A DNA stretch of 25,614 bases, taken from IMG/VR virus record IMGVR_UViG_3300032330_000602, positions 1 to 25,614 of that record. One strand, 5' to 3'. Positions 7,407-15,993 of this stretch are shown piece by piece; positions within the stretch are counted from its first letter, which is position 1, and the number at the start of each line of letters is the position of its first letter. The notes under the pieces are model-generated. The model was not told the DNA's origin and searched no databases. It saw only the letters and a program-made list of their open reading frames with translations. The stretch is from a virus (Duplodnaviria; Caudoviricetes). A program made the translations under genes and the position numbers.

Positions 7407-7877
7407 TTATTTCCCCAGTAATATCGATAACCACCAAACAGCAAAACCAAGGACCATCAGAATGATGCCGCCGCCAAGAAGCCAACTGATCAATTCGTCC
7501 AGATCCTCTTTCTTTTTCTTGGCGTGCTTTGCGTCCAAAATTTCTTGCGTCTTGCGGTTTTGAATAAGCTCGTTTCGCGTAATCAAAAGCTGCTGCCAAG
7601 TATCGGCGTGACCGTTGAGCACCATCCACTGGTTTAGCTCCTTCTCGGCATCGTCTAGCTGTTTGGCTTGCATGACAATCTCAAAAGCCTGAGCTGTATC
7701 AGAACCAGCAAAACCCGTCTTTGGCTTGGACGCGGCCTTTTGCACAACGTCCTTTGCCTCGAAAAACTTCATGGCATCCGCGCTTATGCCTTGGATGTCC
7801 TTGCCCATCTTAATGGCGGCTTGGACTCCCTTGATGGCCGACTGGGCCACGGCAAAAGCTGTAACGGGATCGATCAT
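7407..7877 (-). CDS. Helical protein with a C-terminal TM anchor (156 aa), lysis-cluster associated
   Basis: MIDPVTAFAVA start, helical body, basic patch KKKK, then LISWLLGGGIILMVLGFAVWWLSILL. Confidence 0.8.
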   Translation of the reverse strand: MIDPVTAFAVAQSAIKGVQAAIKMGKDIQGISADAMKFFEAKDVVQKAASKPKTGFAGSDTAQAFEIVMQAKQLDDAEKELNQWMVLNGHADTWQQLLITRNELIQNRKTQEILDAKHAKKKKEDLDELISWLLGGGIILMVLGFAVWWLSILLGK

Positions 7878-8014
7878 ATTTCAACTTTTTTCCACTCGAG
7901 GCAGTAGACTGTTCTGTTGAACGCATCGCCGTACCAAGCCCAGCGCACACAAACATACTTGTATTTAGGCGGCGCGATCGCGGTTAGTAGGACAAAAGCA
8001 ACAACCCATTTCAC
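7874..8014 (-). CDS. 46-aa micro-protein with signal-peptide-like N-terminus and two Cys; absent from the ORF track
   Basis: GTG at 8014 (GTGA overlap with the 8011 stop) to TGA at 7874 (ATGA overlap with the 7877 start): MKWVVAFVLLTAIAPPKYKYVCVRWAWYGDAFNRTVYCLEWKKVEI. Confidence 0.8.
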   Translation of the reverse strand: MKWVVAFVLLTAIAPPKYKYVCVRWAWYGDAFNRTVYCLEWKKVEI

Positions 8015-8250
8015 ATGTTCCCTTTGCCAAACCAGTGGCTTAGGTATCCCATAAAGCTGCTGATCGCGGACACGAATGCCATGCCCATCCAGAAACCTCC
8101 CCGGCCTTGGTTGGCCATGGCGATCAGCTTCTCGATAGACGTTTCCATCTTATCAATCTTGGCCGACATTTCGTCAAAACGACGTTCGTAGTCTTGGACC
8201 TTTTGCCACAAAACGCCGTACTTGACCGGGTCAATTTCTGGGGAGTTCAT
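8011..8250 (-). CDS. Coiled-coil plus single-TM protein (79 aa), holin/XhlA-like architecture
   Basis: Heptad coil (YERRFDEMSAKIDKMETSIEKL) followed by hydrophobic GGFWMGMAFVSAISSFMGYL; ATGA overlap. Confidence 0.75.
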   Translation of the reverse strand: MNSPEIDPVKYGVLWQKVQDYERRFDEMSAKIDKMETSIEKLIAMANQGRGGFWMGMAFVSAISSFMGYLSHWFGKGNM

Positions 8251-8705
8251 GGTTTAGTAGGCCAAGTTACGTTGTCAATGTCAGTGGTAACTGAGGGTAG
8301 GTCACGCAAAGACTGGCGGTAAGCCGCCCACACGGTTTTATCTACGGTAGTGTCCGCTAACTGAGTCCAGTCGCTGTTAGTCAGTCTTTCGTTTCTTTCC
8401 GCTCTCAGCATCGCCCACTTTTGCGTGGTGGCATCAGCCGCTTGCTGGGCCAATTCTTCAGCGGTGTATTTGTCTGTAGCTACCCATGATTGCAACCATT
8501 GGCCATCAACTAGCTGTGGCGTACCCTCGGTTACATTTTTTTCACTTAGCTTATAAGAATGCCCATGCGGTAAGACACGAACAAACCCGTCAGGTAAGCC
8601 GCTGGAAAAGTCAGTGGTAAACGATGTATTGGGAAACAGGGCTTTAATATCTGTTTCACCCAATGGGTAGCTAACAACTGTATTGTTTTCAATTTTTGCG
8701 TACAT
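8247..8705 (-). CDS. Tail fibre assembly chaperone-like protein (152 aa)
   Basis: C-terminal signature RAERNERLTNSDWTQLAD...WAAYRQSLRDLP...WPTKP; follows the fibre genes. Confidence 0.85.
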   Translation of the reverse strand: MYAKIENNTVVSYPLGETDIKALFPNTSFTTDFSSGLPDGFVRVLPHGHSYKLSEKNVTEGTPQLVDGQWLQSWVATDKYTAEELAQQAADATTQKWAMLRAERNERLTNSDWTQLADTTVDKTVWAAYRQSLRDLPSVTTDIDNVTWPTKP

Positions 8706-8707
8706 AA

Positions 8708-10519
8708 TTATTTCCCTGCTGCGTATGGAAACGTTCTAGTGTCTCCGGGCCAAATTACTCGAATTGCTCCGACAGCACCATCATAAGCAATCCCGGAAGG
8801 GGAATCATTGCCGCCGCCGCCGCCGCCGTAACCACCACCTGAAGCAGTTTTAGCGTTACCGCCAGCATAAACACTTGGCATTGATCCACTGGAATATCCA
8901 TTTTGAGTACTGCCAGAAGCTAACACAAATGGATATCCTTGCCCACCGGGGTATAGTCCCGATCCGCCCGCGCTTCCAGATTGTGAGCTGCCGCCGCCTT
9001 GTCCCCCAGCACCGCCGCCTATGGCGGTTGAACCTACGCCGTTATTAGGTGAGCTACTGCCGCCGTTACCACCAGCACTAGTGTAGCCGCCAGCCCCGCC
9101 GCCACCGCCCGACAAAGTAGTGGTTGCAGTACCACCTGTACCACCGTTAGTTCCACCAATAGACCCCGCTACTGTTGACCCACCACCGCCAGTACGCGCT
9201 TGTCCGCCTTGCGCCCAAACAGAAGCAGTGCCGGTAGAAGTTCCGTTAAACCAAGTATCCCCGCCGTTACCGGCAGTAGTGCTTTGTAAGGCACCAGCGC
9301 CAACGGTATAGTCTATGGTTGCCCCCGGTGTAACAGTTAAATTGTTGTAATACCTAAGACCGCCCCCACCTCCGCCATGTGCCGCTGTATCACTGCGTAC
9401 TCCGTTGGCACCCCCGCCAATACAAACTACTGATACGGATGTCACTCCGGCTGGCACTGTCCATGTACCGGCACCGGCAGATGTAAAAGTAACTTCAGAT
9501 GTATTTACTGGAGCATTTGAAGGAAATTTAGACGATTCAGAAAGTATTCTTACTGCACCGGGCCCACCAATCAATCCATCAGAATATTGAGTAGTAACAC
9601 CATCGTTGCAACCAAAACCGCCCGGGCCGCCTGCTCCGATCCAAGGTGAACCACTAAAAGGCGTAGCGCCTCCAGAACCCGGGTTTCCGCTTCCTGCTTG
9701 CGATCCAGACCCATCATTTACAGAAGCCGCGCCGCCAGTGCCGGTAGACCCAGCGCCAAAAACATCTACTGTACCGCCAAAACCAGCAGGGCAATTTACT
9801 AAATTACCTGCCCCATCGCCCACCGCGCTTCCACCACCGCCGCCACCGCCGCCTCCACTTCCGGAAGCAGCATCACTACCAGCAGTCCCAACTCCGTTTG
9901 ATTGTCCGCCAGTGCCGCCAGTGCCGCCAGTGCCAGAATAACCGCCAGCGCCACCACCGCCACCGCCACCCATACCCGGGCCACCAGAATTAAATGAGCT
10001 GCCTCCCACGCCGCCATTACCGCCAGAATAGCTGCCTTTTGATCCCCCAGTACCTCCAGTAGTGTTGCCGCCGCCTGAACCCCCACCGGCGCGTATTAAA
10101 TCAACACCCGCCCGTTGAATGTAACTATCGCCACCATCAACACCACTGTTTGCAGCATTATTTCCAGTGCCACCTTTTCCACCTGATCCCGCCGCTACTG
10201 TAAGTGTTTCACCCGGAGTTACTGCAATAGTTGCATAAGTTAAAGCCCCACCGCCACCGCCGCCACCTCCAGCCGGTACACTGCCTCCAAGATCGCCTTT
10301 ACCTCCCGCACCGCCTCCGCCAGCCCCGACACAAACAACACTAATGGATGTAACACCAGAAGGAACAATCCAAGATGTTGGTTCGCTTGTTTTAGATGTT
10401 CTAGACGTGCCAATTGTTCCAGCCCCCACCGCTGTACTGCCAACAATCCAAGAAGGAATAAAGTAATAAAGAGGAATTCCAATTTTAGTTGCACCGCCGG
10501 ATTTACTTGCTGCAAACAT
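8708..10519 (-). CDS. Glycine-rich protein with two tandem glycine-rich domains, putative fibre-tip adhesin (603 aa)
   Basis: Two copies of W.VP.GVTS.SVVC.G.G ... VTPG.T ... G..GA.R.; many Gly runs; located between fibre and chaperone. Confidence 0.75.
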   Translation of the reverse strand: MFAASKSGGATKIGIPLYYFIPSWIVGSTAVGAGTIGTSRTSKTSEPTSWIVPSGVTSISVVCVGAGGGGAGGKGDLGGSVPAGGGGGGGGALTYATIAVTPGETLTVAAGSGGKGGTGNNAANSGVDGGDSYIQRAGVDLIRAGGGSGGGNTTGGTGGSKGSYSGGNGGVGGSSFNSGGPGMGGGGGGGAGGYSGTGGTGGTGGQSNGVGTAGSDAASGSGGGGGGGGGSAVGDGAGNLVNCPAGFGGTVDVFGAGSTGTGGAASVNDGSGSQAGSGNPGSGGATPFSGSPWIGAGGPGGFGCNDGVTTQYSDGLIGGPGAVRILSESSKFPSNAPVNTSEVTFTSAGAGTWTVPAGVTSVSVVCIGGGANGVRSDTAAHGGGGGGLRYYNNLTVTPGATIDYTVGAGALQSTTAGNGGDTWFNGTSTGTASVWAQGGQARTGGGGSTVAGSIGGTNGGTGGTATTTLSGGGGGAGGYTSAGGNGGSSSPNNGVGSTAIGGGAGGQGGGSSQSGSAGGSGLYPGGQGYPFVLASGSTQNGYSSGSMPSVYAGGNAKTASGGGYGGGGGGNDSPSGIAYDGAVGAIRVIWPGDTRTFPYAAGK

Positions 10520-10528
10520 ATCTAATCC

Positions 10529-13234
10529 TTAGTAGGTGTAGTTTTGTCCAACAGTTGTGCCATACCATCTACTGCCATCACTAAAAAATGAGTAAATATC
10601 TTGTTTACTTGCAGTAGCTGTAATAGTAGGAGCTGTTCCTCCGGGCCATGCAACTGTTGTCCATGTAACTGTCCTACTTCCAGTAGCATCTTGCTTTAAC
10701 ATCATAATAAAAGATTTACCAGCAACTGCCGTTGGCATTGTTATCGTAGTGGTAGCAGTCAGGGTAATGATCTGAACCGTTCCGTTTGCCAAGTCAAGCG
10801 TAATAGCTGTTGAACTGTTTGCACTATATGGTGATTCAACATAATTAGTAACTGTAGGATTTACTATTGTTGGGGTATCAGAAAATACAGCAACACCTGT
10901 GCCTGTTTCATCTGTTAATAATGTTCTTAAATTTGAACTGTTAGGTGTTCCAAGAAAAGTCAAAACGCCTGTTGCCGTTGTAGTAGTAGTTGGAGCCGCG
11001 CCAGCACCACCACCCACAAGTAACGTGCTTGCAGTTAAAGCCGCAGACGATGCAAGTGTTCCTGTGGCAGAGTAATAAAGTACACCGCCAGAAGTTCCAG
11101 CAGTTAAACCTGTGCCTCCATTAGCAACAGGCAATGTTCCAGAAACGTGCGTTGTTAAACCGATCTTGCCATAGCTTGGAGCGGTGCCAACGCCGCCAGA
11201 AATTAGCGCGTTGCCGGTGGCCACGTCTGCAAGTTTGGACAGCGCCGTAGTCGTTGATGCGTAGACAATGTCGCCAACCGCGTAGCTCGATTGCCCGGTA
11301 CCGCCGTTGGCAGCAGCAACAACCCCCGTCACGTTGGCAGCCGTGCCCGTGGTGTTTTGGTTAAAAGTCGGCCAAGTAAATGTGCCCGTACTGAAATTGC
11401 CCGATGTTGGTGTGCCAAGTACCGGCGTTACAAAGGTGGGCGATGTGGCCAAGGCCAGCACCGTTCCGGTCCCAGTAGTGGTGTACGACGTGCCCCAAGC
11501 TGAACCGGTTGAATTGGCGATGCCCGCGCCCGGGTAGGTCATGCCGGAGGCCGGCGCGGCCCATGACGCGGTAGTTCCATTACTTGTCAGGATGTAGGTA
11601 TTAGCGCCGATGCCCAGCCGGGTCGCACTGTTGGTGCCGTTGCCGATAATCAAATCGCCGGCAGTGGTTACCGGGGACAGCGCGTTGAACGCTGCTGATG
11701 CCGTCGTCTGCCCGGTACCGCCGTTAGCGATCGCGACGGTGCCCGTGACGTTGGCCGCTGTGCCCGTGGTGTTTTGGTTAAAAGTTGGCCAAGTGAAAGT
11801 GCCCGTGCTGAAGTTGCCCGACGTTGGTGTGCCAAGCACCGGCGTTACAAAGGTGGGCGACGTGGCCAAGGCCAGCACGGTTCCGGTCCCGGTAGTGGTG
11901 TACGACGTACCCCAAGCTGAGCCGGTTGAATTGGCGATGCCCGCGCCCGGGTAGATCATGCTGGCTGCGCCCGGGGAAGCCCAAGACGCGGTAGTACCGT
12001 TACTTGTCAGAACGTAAGTATTGGCGCCAATGCCTAGTCGGGTTGCGCTGTTGGTGCCGTTACCAATGATCAAGTCGCCGGCAGTAGTTACTGGGGACAG
12101 CGCGTTAAACGCGGCTGACGCAGTCGTCTGCCCAGTTCCGCCGTTAGCGATCGCGACGGTGCCAGTGACATTAGATGCCGTACCTGTTGTGTTTTGATTA
12201 AAAGTGGGCCACGTAAACGTGCCCGTGCTGAAGTTGCCCGACGTTGGTGTGCCAAGCACCGGTGTCACAAAGGTGGGCGAGGTTGACAATACAACAGAAC
12301 CCGTTCCTGTAGATGTAGTAACACCTGTACCACCGCTTGCAACAGCAAGGGTTGCAGATAAGCCAGCAGCAGTGCCAGTTGTGTTTTGATTAAAAGTGGG
12401 CCACGTAAACGTGCCCGTGCTGAAGTTGCCCGACGTTGGTGTGCCAAGCACCGGTGTCACAAAGGTGGGTGATGTAGCCAAAGCCAGCACTGTGCCAGTC
12501 CCGGTCGTGGTGTACGACGTGCCCCAAGCTGAACCGGTGGAATTACCGATGCCTGCACCCGGATAGGTCATGGCGGCGCCCGGGGCTGCCCATGACGCCG
12601 TGGTGCCGTTACTTGTCAAGACGTAGCTGTTGCTGCCAATAGCCAAGCGCGTGCTGCTATTTGTGCCGTTGCCGATGATCAAATCGCCGGCGGTGGTTAC
12701 AGGGGCCAGTGCGTTGAACGCGGCGGTCGCCGTCGTTTGGCCGGTCCCGCCGTTAGCAATTGCGACGGTGCCAGTGACATTAGCCGCCGTCCCAGTGACG
12801 TTACCGGTGACGTTGCCAGTTAGATTGCCAGTAAATCCGCTGCTTGCGGACACGGTCGTAAAAGAACCGGCCGCTGGCGTAGTCCCGCCAATAACCATGT
12901 TGTTGATCGTGCCGCCGGTAAGGGTAACGCTGGCGCCAAGACTTACTGTGCCGGTAGCTGTAAGGTTGGTGAAAGTACCGGCTGCTGCCGTGGTTCCGCC
13001 AATTGTGGTGCTGTTGATAGTCGAGCTGGTGATGGCCAAAGACTGCAAAGCGGATGACGCAATTAAAGCCGTGCCAGCAGAATTGACCATGGCTACTTTG
13101 TAGCCATTTGCGGCTAAGGTGGGCAATAGATCAAACCCGGCGCCAATGCTTTCCAGCTCGTTGCGTAACGACGCCGACGAGCCCGGAGAGTTGGGCGTCG
13201 GGTAAGTGGTGTGGTTGTAATATGAATTACTCAT
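10529..13234 (-). CDS. Tail fibre protein with large internal repeats (901 aa)
   Basis: Thr/Gly-rich, repeated xxANGGTG knots, GNLTGNVTGNVTG, and a C-terminal KQDATGSRTVTW...WPGGTAPTIT...DGSRWYG domain common in phage fibres; ATGA overlap with the nozzle gene. Confidence 0.88.
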   Translation of the reverse strand: MSNSYYNHTTYPTPNSPGSSASLRNELESIGAGFDLLPTLAANGYKVAMVNSAGTALIASSALQSLAITSSTINSTTIGGTTAAAGTFTNLTATGTVSLGASVTLTGGTINNMVIGGTTPAAGSFTTVSASSGFTGNLTGNVTGNVTGTAANVTGTVAIANGGTGQTTATAAFNALAPVTTAGDLIIGNGTNSSTRLAIGSNSYVLTSNGTTASWAAPGAAMTYPGAGIGNSTGSAWGTSYTTTGTGTVLALATSPTFVTPVLGTPTSGNFSTGTFTWPTFNQNTTGTAAGLSATLAVASGGTGVTTSTGTGSVVLSTSPTFVTPVLGTPTSGNFSTGTFTWPTFNQNTTGTASNVTGTVAIANGGTGQTTASAAFNALSPVTTAGDLIIGNGTNSATRLGIGANTYVLTSNGTTASWASPGAASMIYPGAGIANSTGSAWGTSYTTTGTGTVLALATSPTFVTPVLGTPTSGNFSTGTFTWPTFNQNTTGTAANVTGTVAIANGGTGQTTASAAFNALSPVTTAGDLIIGNGTNSATRLGIGANTYILTSNGTTASWAAPASGMTYPGAGIANSTGSAWGTSYTTTGTGTVLALATSPTFVTPVLGTPTSGNFSTGTFTWPTFNQNTTGTAANVTGVVAAANGGTGQSSYAVGDIVYASTTTALSKLADVATGNALISGGVGTAPSYGKIGLTTHVSGTLPVANGGTGLTAGTSGGVLYYSATGTLASSAALTASTLLVGGGAGAAPTTTTTATGVLTFLGTPNSSNLRTLLTDETGTGVAVFSDTPTIVNPTVTNYVESPYSANSSTAITLDLANGTVQIITLTATTTITMPTAVAGKSFIMMLKQDATGSRTVTWTTVAWPGGTAPTITATASKQDIYSFFSDGSRWYGTTVGQNYTY
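11351..12796 (-). repeat. Fibre repeats: 139 aa (12380-12796), 64 aa short unit (12188-12379), 140 aa (11768-12187), 139 aa (11351-11767)
   Basis: Each unit starts TGTA and ends SPTFVTPVLGTPTSGNFSTGTFTWPTFNQNT. Confidence 0.95.
12186..12469. repeat. Perfect 92-bp direct repeat (12186-12277 and 12378-12469) around a 100-bp spacer
   Basis: Base-by-base identity from GTTGTGTTTTGATTAAAAGTGGGCC to CACAAAGGTGGG at offset 192. Confidence 0.92.
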
Positions 13235-15276
13235 CGTATTCCTCGGCGCAATGTGTAGTGAACAATGATGTTGTTCACCGTGAAAGAGTTCAGGATGCTG
13301 GAGTTGGACGAAAGACGAATTGCCATATTGACAGCAGTCCCCGTAACCTCGATTTCCGTAGGCGCTATATCAGCTCCATCCCAAACAAAATTGTCCCAGA
13401 TCATCTCGTCCCAATAGCTGGACCGCAAGTCATTGGCATAGGTCGCGTCGGTTGCTTGAGTCAAATCCTGCGTGCGGTATCCAAGATCGTATCCAAACTG
13501 AACCTCTGCGTATGAGTCCCCGGTGACCTCCAAACTGGCTTTGCGGTACCGCTTTAGTATGCGAGGCGATTTGGTAGAGTTGTACACCAAATTGATGTTG
13601 GCCGCAATGTCCCCGCCATCAAAGCTGGTGCCCATATCCATTTGGTACACAAACCCATTTGTCGACCCAAAAAACTGTACGGTTCCGCCCGATGGGCTTT
13701 CGCTGTCAACACAGCAGTTAATTGTGTTGGCAAACTGGATGGGCATGCTACCAAGCACTTGGCCATTCATGATGGTCAAATACAAAGCCGTGCCGTCAGA
13801 GAAGAAAATCCGATACTGGCCTTTGTCTCGGTTGACCGAGCTACCAACTGCCAGATCCCTGTGGGCCTGAATAAAAGGCCGTAAGTTCATGGTCAGGGAC
13901 GCAGGAACGAAGTTGCCGAAATTCAACGATGTGCTCATGCTGATAACGCCACGGTCGTCAAGCACGTAAGACTGATCTAGATTCTGGGCGGTGTACGCAT
14001 ACGCGCCAGTGCCGGTATTAAACGCAGACAATTGGAAAGTAGACGAGCTTGTGCCATATAGCACAGACGTATCCTGTCTTGTATATACGCCCAAAGCGCC
14101 GCTGGATTGGTTACCCGGCAAAACCAATAGATTGGTGATGGCGCCGTTCATCGCGATCTCGCCGGCCCCCAGCAACGGGTCCCATTGGTATGGGTAGCCC
14201 AAAGCGCTAAATTGCAGGGACGCGCCAAAAGCCAAGAACAGATGCTGTTTGTGAAACACCACGTGGTTCGGCGTGTCAACCGTCATTCCGGTACGAATTG
14301 GCACGTACGTCGTGCCATCAAATTCAAACGCGTTGTTCTTGCCATCGCAGCCATACATTTTGTAGTTGGCTGTGCCCCCACCAAAATTGGCAATTACGGT
14401 TTCATATCGGCCGCTTGGGGCCAGTGCGATTTGCGTAGCGACCGAGGTCGCGTGTGCATAAGTCGTGGCCCCTATGCGCAAATTCTCGCCAACGCTAAAG
14501 GTCCCCGTGGTGCTCGATAGCACTAGCTGCCCAACCGCGTCATGCGCTGCCCAGCTACCGCTCTCCAAAACAGTGCGGGCAACTACACCGGTAGCCCCGC
14601 TGGTCTGGCCGGTAAGCGTGACCCCATCCGCAATTTCCACCAACCCGGTATCAAAAGTCAGGATCTTGCCAAGAGTAACTGCGGTCCAGCCAGAGCTGCT
14701 GGACTTGTACATGATGGAGGCTGTGGCCCCCACGTTGTTGCGCCAAGCGTAGCAAACGCCGTTGTAGTAGGACACGCCAAGAACAGAGCCAGACCCCGGC
14801 ACCGCGCTGATATCGGTCCGGTAGTTGTCGGCTGCAAGACCGCGATACGTAGCGTCTAGCAAACCGTCAGCCGAAATGCCTTGAACGGTGGTAATCGTGC
14901 CCACGGTGGTCGAGCTAACCGTGAGGCTTTCTCCCGCCGTGAAGGTTCCCGTCTGCCGAGTAATGATCACGTCGTTGTCGGCTCGGGCAATGACCTTGCC
15001 CGTGGCGGCAGAAGACACGCCAACAATGGTGTTGCCCACGGCGATTGTGCCGGTGATGGCGCAGACAAGCAAGTTGTACACAGCCGCTGAAGGGCTGGCG
15101 TGGCCATCAAACCGCTCGTATCCGGCGATGCGGGTGTACCCGCCGGTGATAGAACACTCAAAATTAGCCGCCCGGCGGGCAACACCCGGGGGCAGCGACA
15201 GCGTTGGGGTAACCTGATCCAAGCCGCCGTTAAGGCGGATGAGATCGTAACTGACTCTGGGCGTACTTAGCGGCAT
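13231..15276 (-). CDS. Putative tail nozzle / DNA stabilisation protein (P22 gp10/T7 gp12 position), 681 aa
   Basis: N-terminal LNGGLD...ANFEC...GGYTRIAGY, beta-rich body, C-terminal KRYRK and WD-rich YWDEMIWDNFVWD; follows the adaptor gene. Confidence 0.75.
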   Translation of the reverse strand: MPLSTPRVSYDLIRLNGGLDQVTPTLSLPPGVARRAANFECSITGGYTRIAGYERFDGHASPSAAVYNLLVCAITGTIAVGNTIVGVSSAATGKVIARADNDVIITRQTGTFTAGESLTVSSTTVGTITTVQGISADGLLDATYRGLAADNYRTDISAVPGSGSVLGVSYYNGVCYAWRNNVGATASIMYKSSSSGWTAVTLGKILTFDTGLVEIADGVTLTGQTSGATGVVARTVLESGSWAAHDAVGQLVLSSTTGTFSVGENLRIGATTYAHATSVATQIALAPSGRYETVIANFGGGTANYKMYGCDGKNNAFEFDGTTYVPIRTGMTVDTPNHVVFHKQHLFLAFGASLQFSALGYPYQWDPLLGAGEIAMNGAITNLLVLPGNQSSGALGVYTRQDTSVLYGTSSSTFQLSAFNTGTGAYAYTAQNLDQSYVLDDRGVISMSTSLNFGNFVPASLTMNLRPFIQAHRDLAVGSSVNRDKGQYRIFFSDGTALYLTIMNGQVLGSMPIQFANTINCCVDSESPSGGTVQFFGSTNGFVYQMDMGTSFDGGDIAANINLVYNSTKSPRILKRYRKASLEVTGDSYAEVQFGYDLGYRTQDLTQATDATYANDLRSSYWDEMIWDNFVWDGADIAPTEIEVTGTAVNMAIRLSSNSSILNSFTVNNIIVHYTLRRGIR

Positions 15277-15285
15277 ACGTGCGCT

Positions 15286-15978
15286 CTACGCAAGCGGCGG
15301 GCCGCTAACTAGGGTCGGTAGTTGATCGATATCCAAACGATTCATCAACCGCTTAAATTCAAATTCCCCGCGCTGGTAAACCTCCGGCGCTGATTCATAC
15401 CCACCGTAAGACATCATGGCCCGGTAGACGATCATCATGTGGAATCGGTCAGGGAAAACGCTGGGAGGCGCGTCGGTAGCCGCAGAAAATTCTGTCGGCA
15501 TTGTGTAATACTCTCCGACAACTACGTAGGCTCGGTCTGGGATAGACCCAAATCCTAGGTTTTTGTCCGGGTCAATCGTAACGACTACTGGACGTGCATA
15601 CGTTGTGCGCATATTCCCGTACATGTACAAGTTGCGGAACGTCGTGTAGTCCATGTAGTTTGTTAGCTGCTCGTCTTTGTAGTCTTGATCTACAGACGAA
15701 ATGCGCCAACTGTCGCGCTTCCAATTACCAAACGTAGACCCCACACCGGCTTCGGTGGGGGTGTAAATTTGCTGATGGGTAACCGTGTTGAATTCCACCG
15801 GGTTGCGCATCCACTGCCAATCTTCTTTGGCAGTTTGAACGTCAACCCACGCACTGTTCACCCACGAAGCCATCCGGGCGGATTCGCCGGTAAGCCCAGT
15901 CACGCTAGTAAGCGCGGTGCTGGCGCCGGCGACGCCGCACTCCACTCGAGCGCGGTTGATCAGTTGGAGGTAATTCAC
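15286..15978 (-). CDS. Putative head-tail adaptor (230 aa)
   Basis: GTG start after GGAG; MNYLQLINRAR, WVNSAWVDVQ...WQWM and FPDRFHMMIVYRA match the pattern of podophage adaptor proteins; position before the nozzle. Confidence 0.78.
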   Translation of the reverse strand: MNYLQLINRARVECGVAGASTALTSVTGLTGESARMASWVNSAWVDVQTAKEDWQWMRNPVEFNTVTHQQIYTPTEAGVGSTFGNWKRDSWRISSVDQDYKDEQLTNYMDYTTFRNLYMYGNMRTTYARPVVVTIDPDKNLGFGSIPDRAYVVVGEYYTMPTEFSAATDAPPSVFPDRFHMMIVYRAMMSYGGYESAPEVYQRGEFEFKRLMNRLDIDQLPTLVSGPPLA

Positions 15979-15993
15979 AAGGTCACTCCGGGT

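Noticed and set aside
11351-12796. Diversity-generating retroelement TR/VR pair or invertible fibre cassette
   Set aside because: Repeats are in-frame, direct and differ at synonymous sites rather than adenine-specific ones; no reverse transcriptase, invertase or inverted crossover sites are visible in the window.
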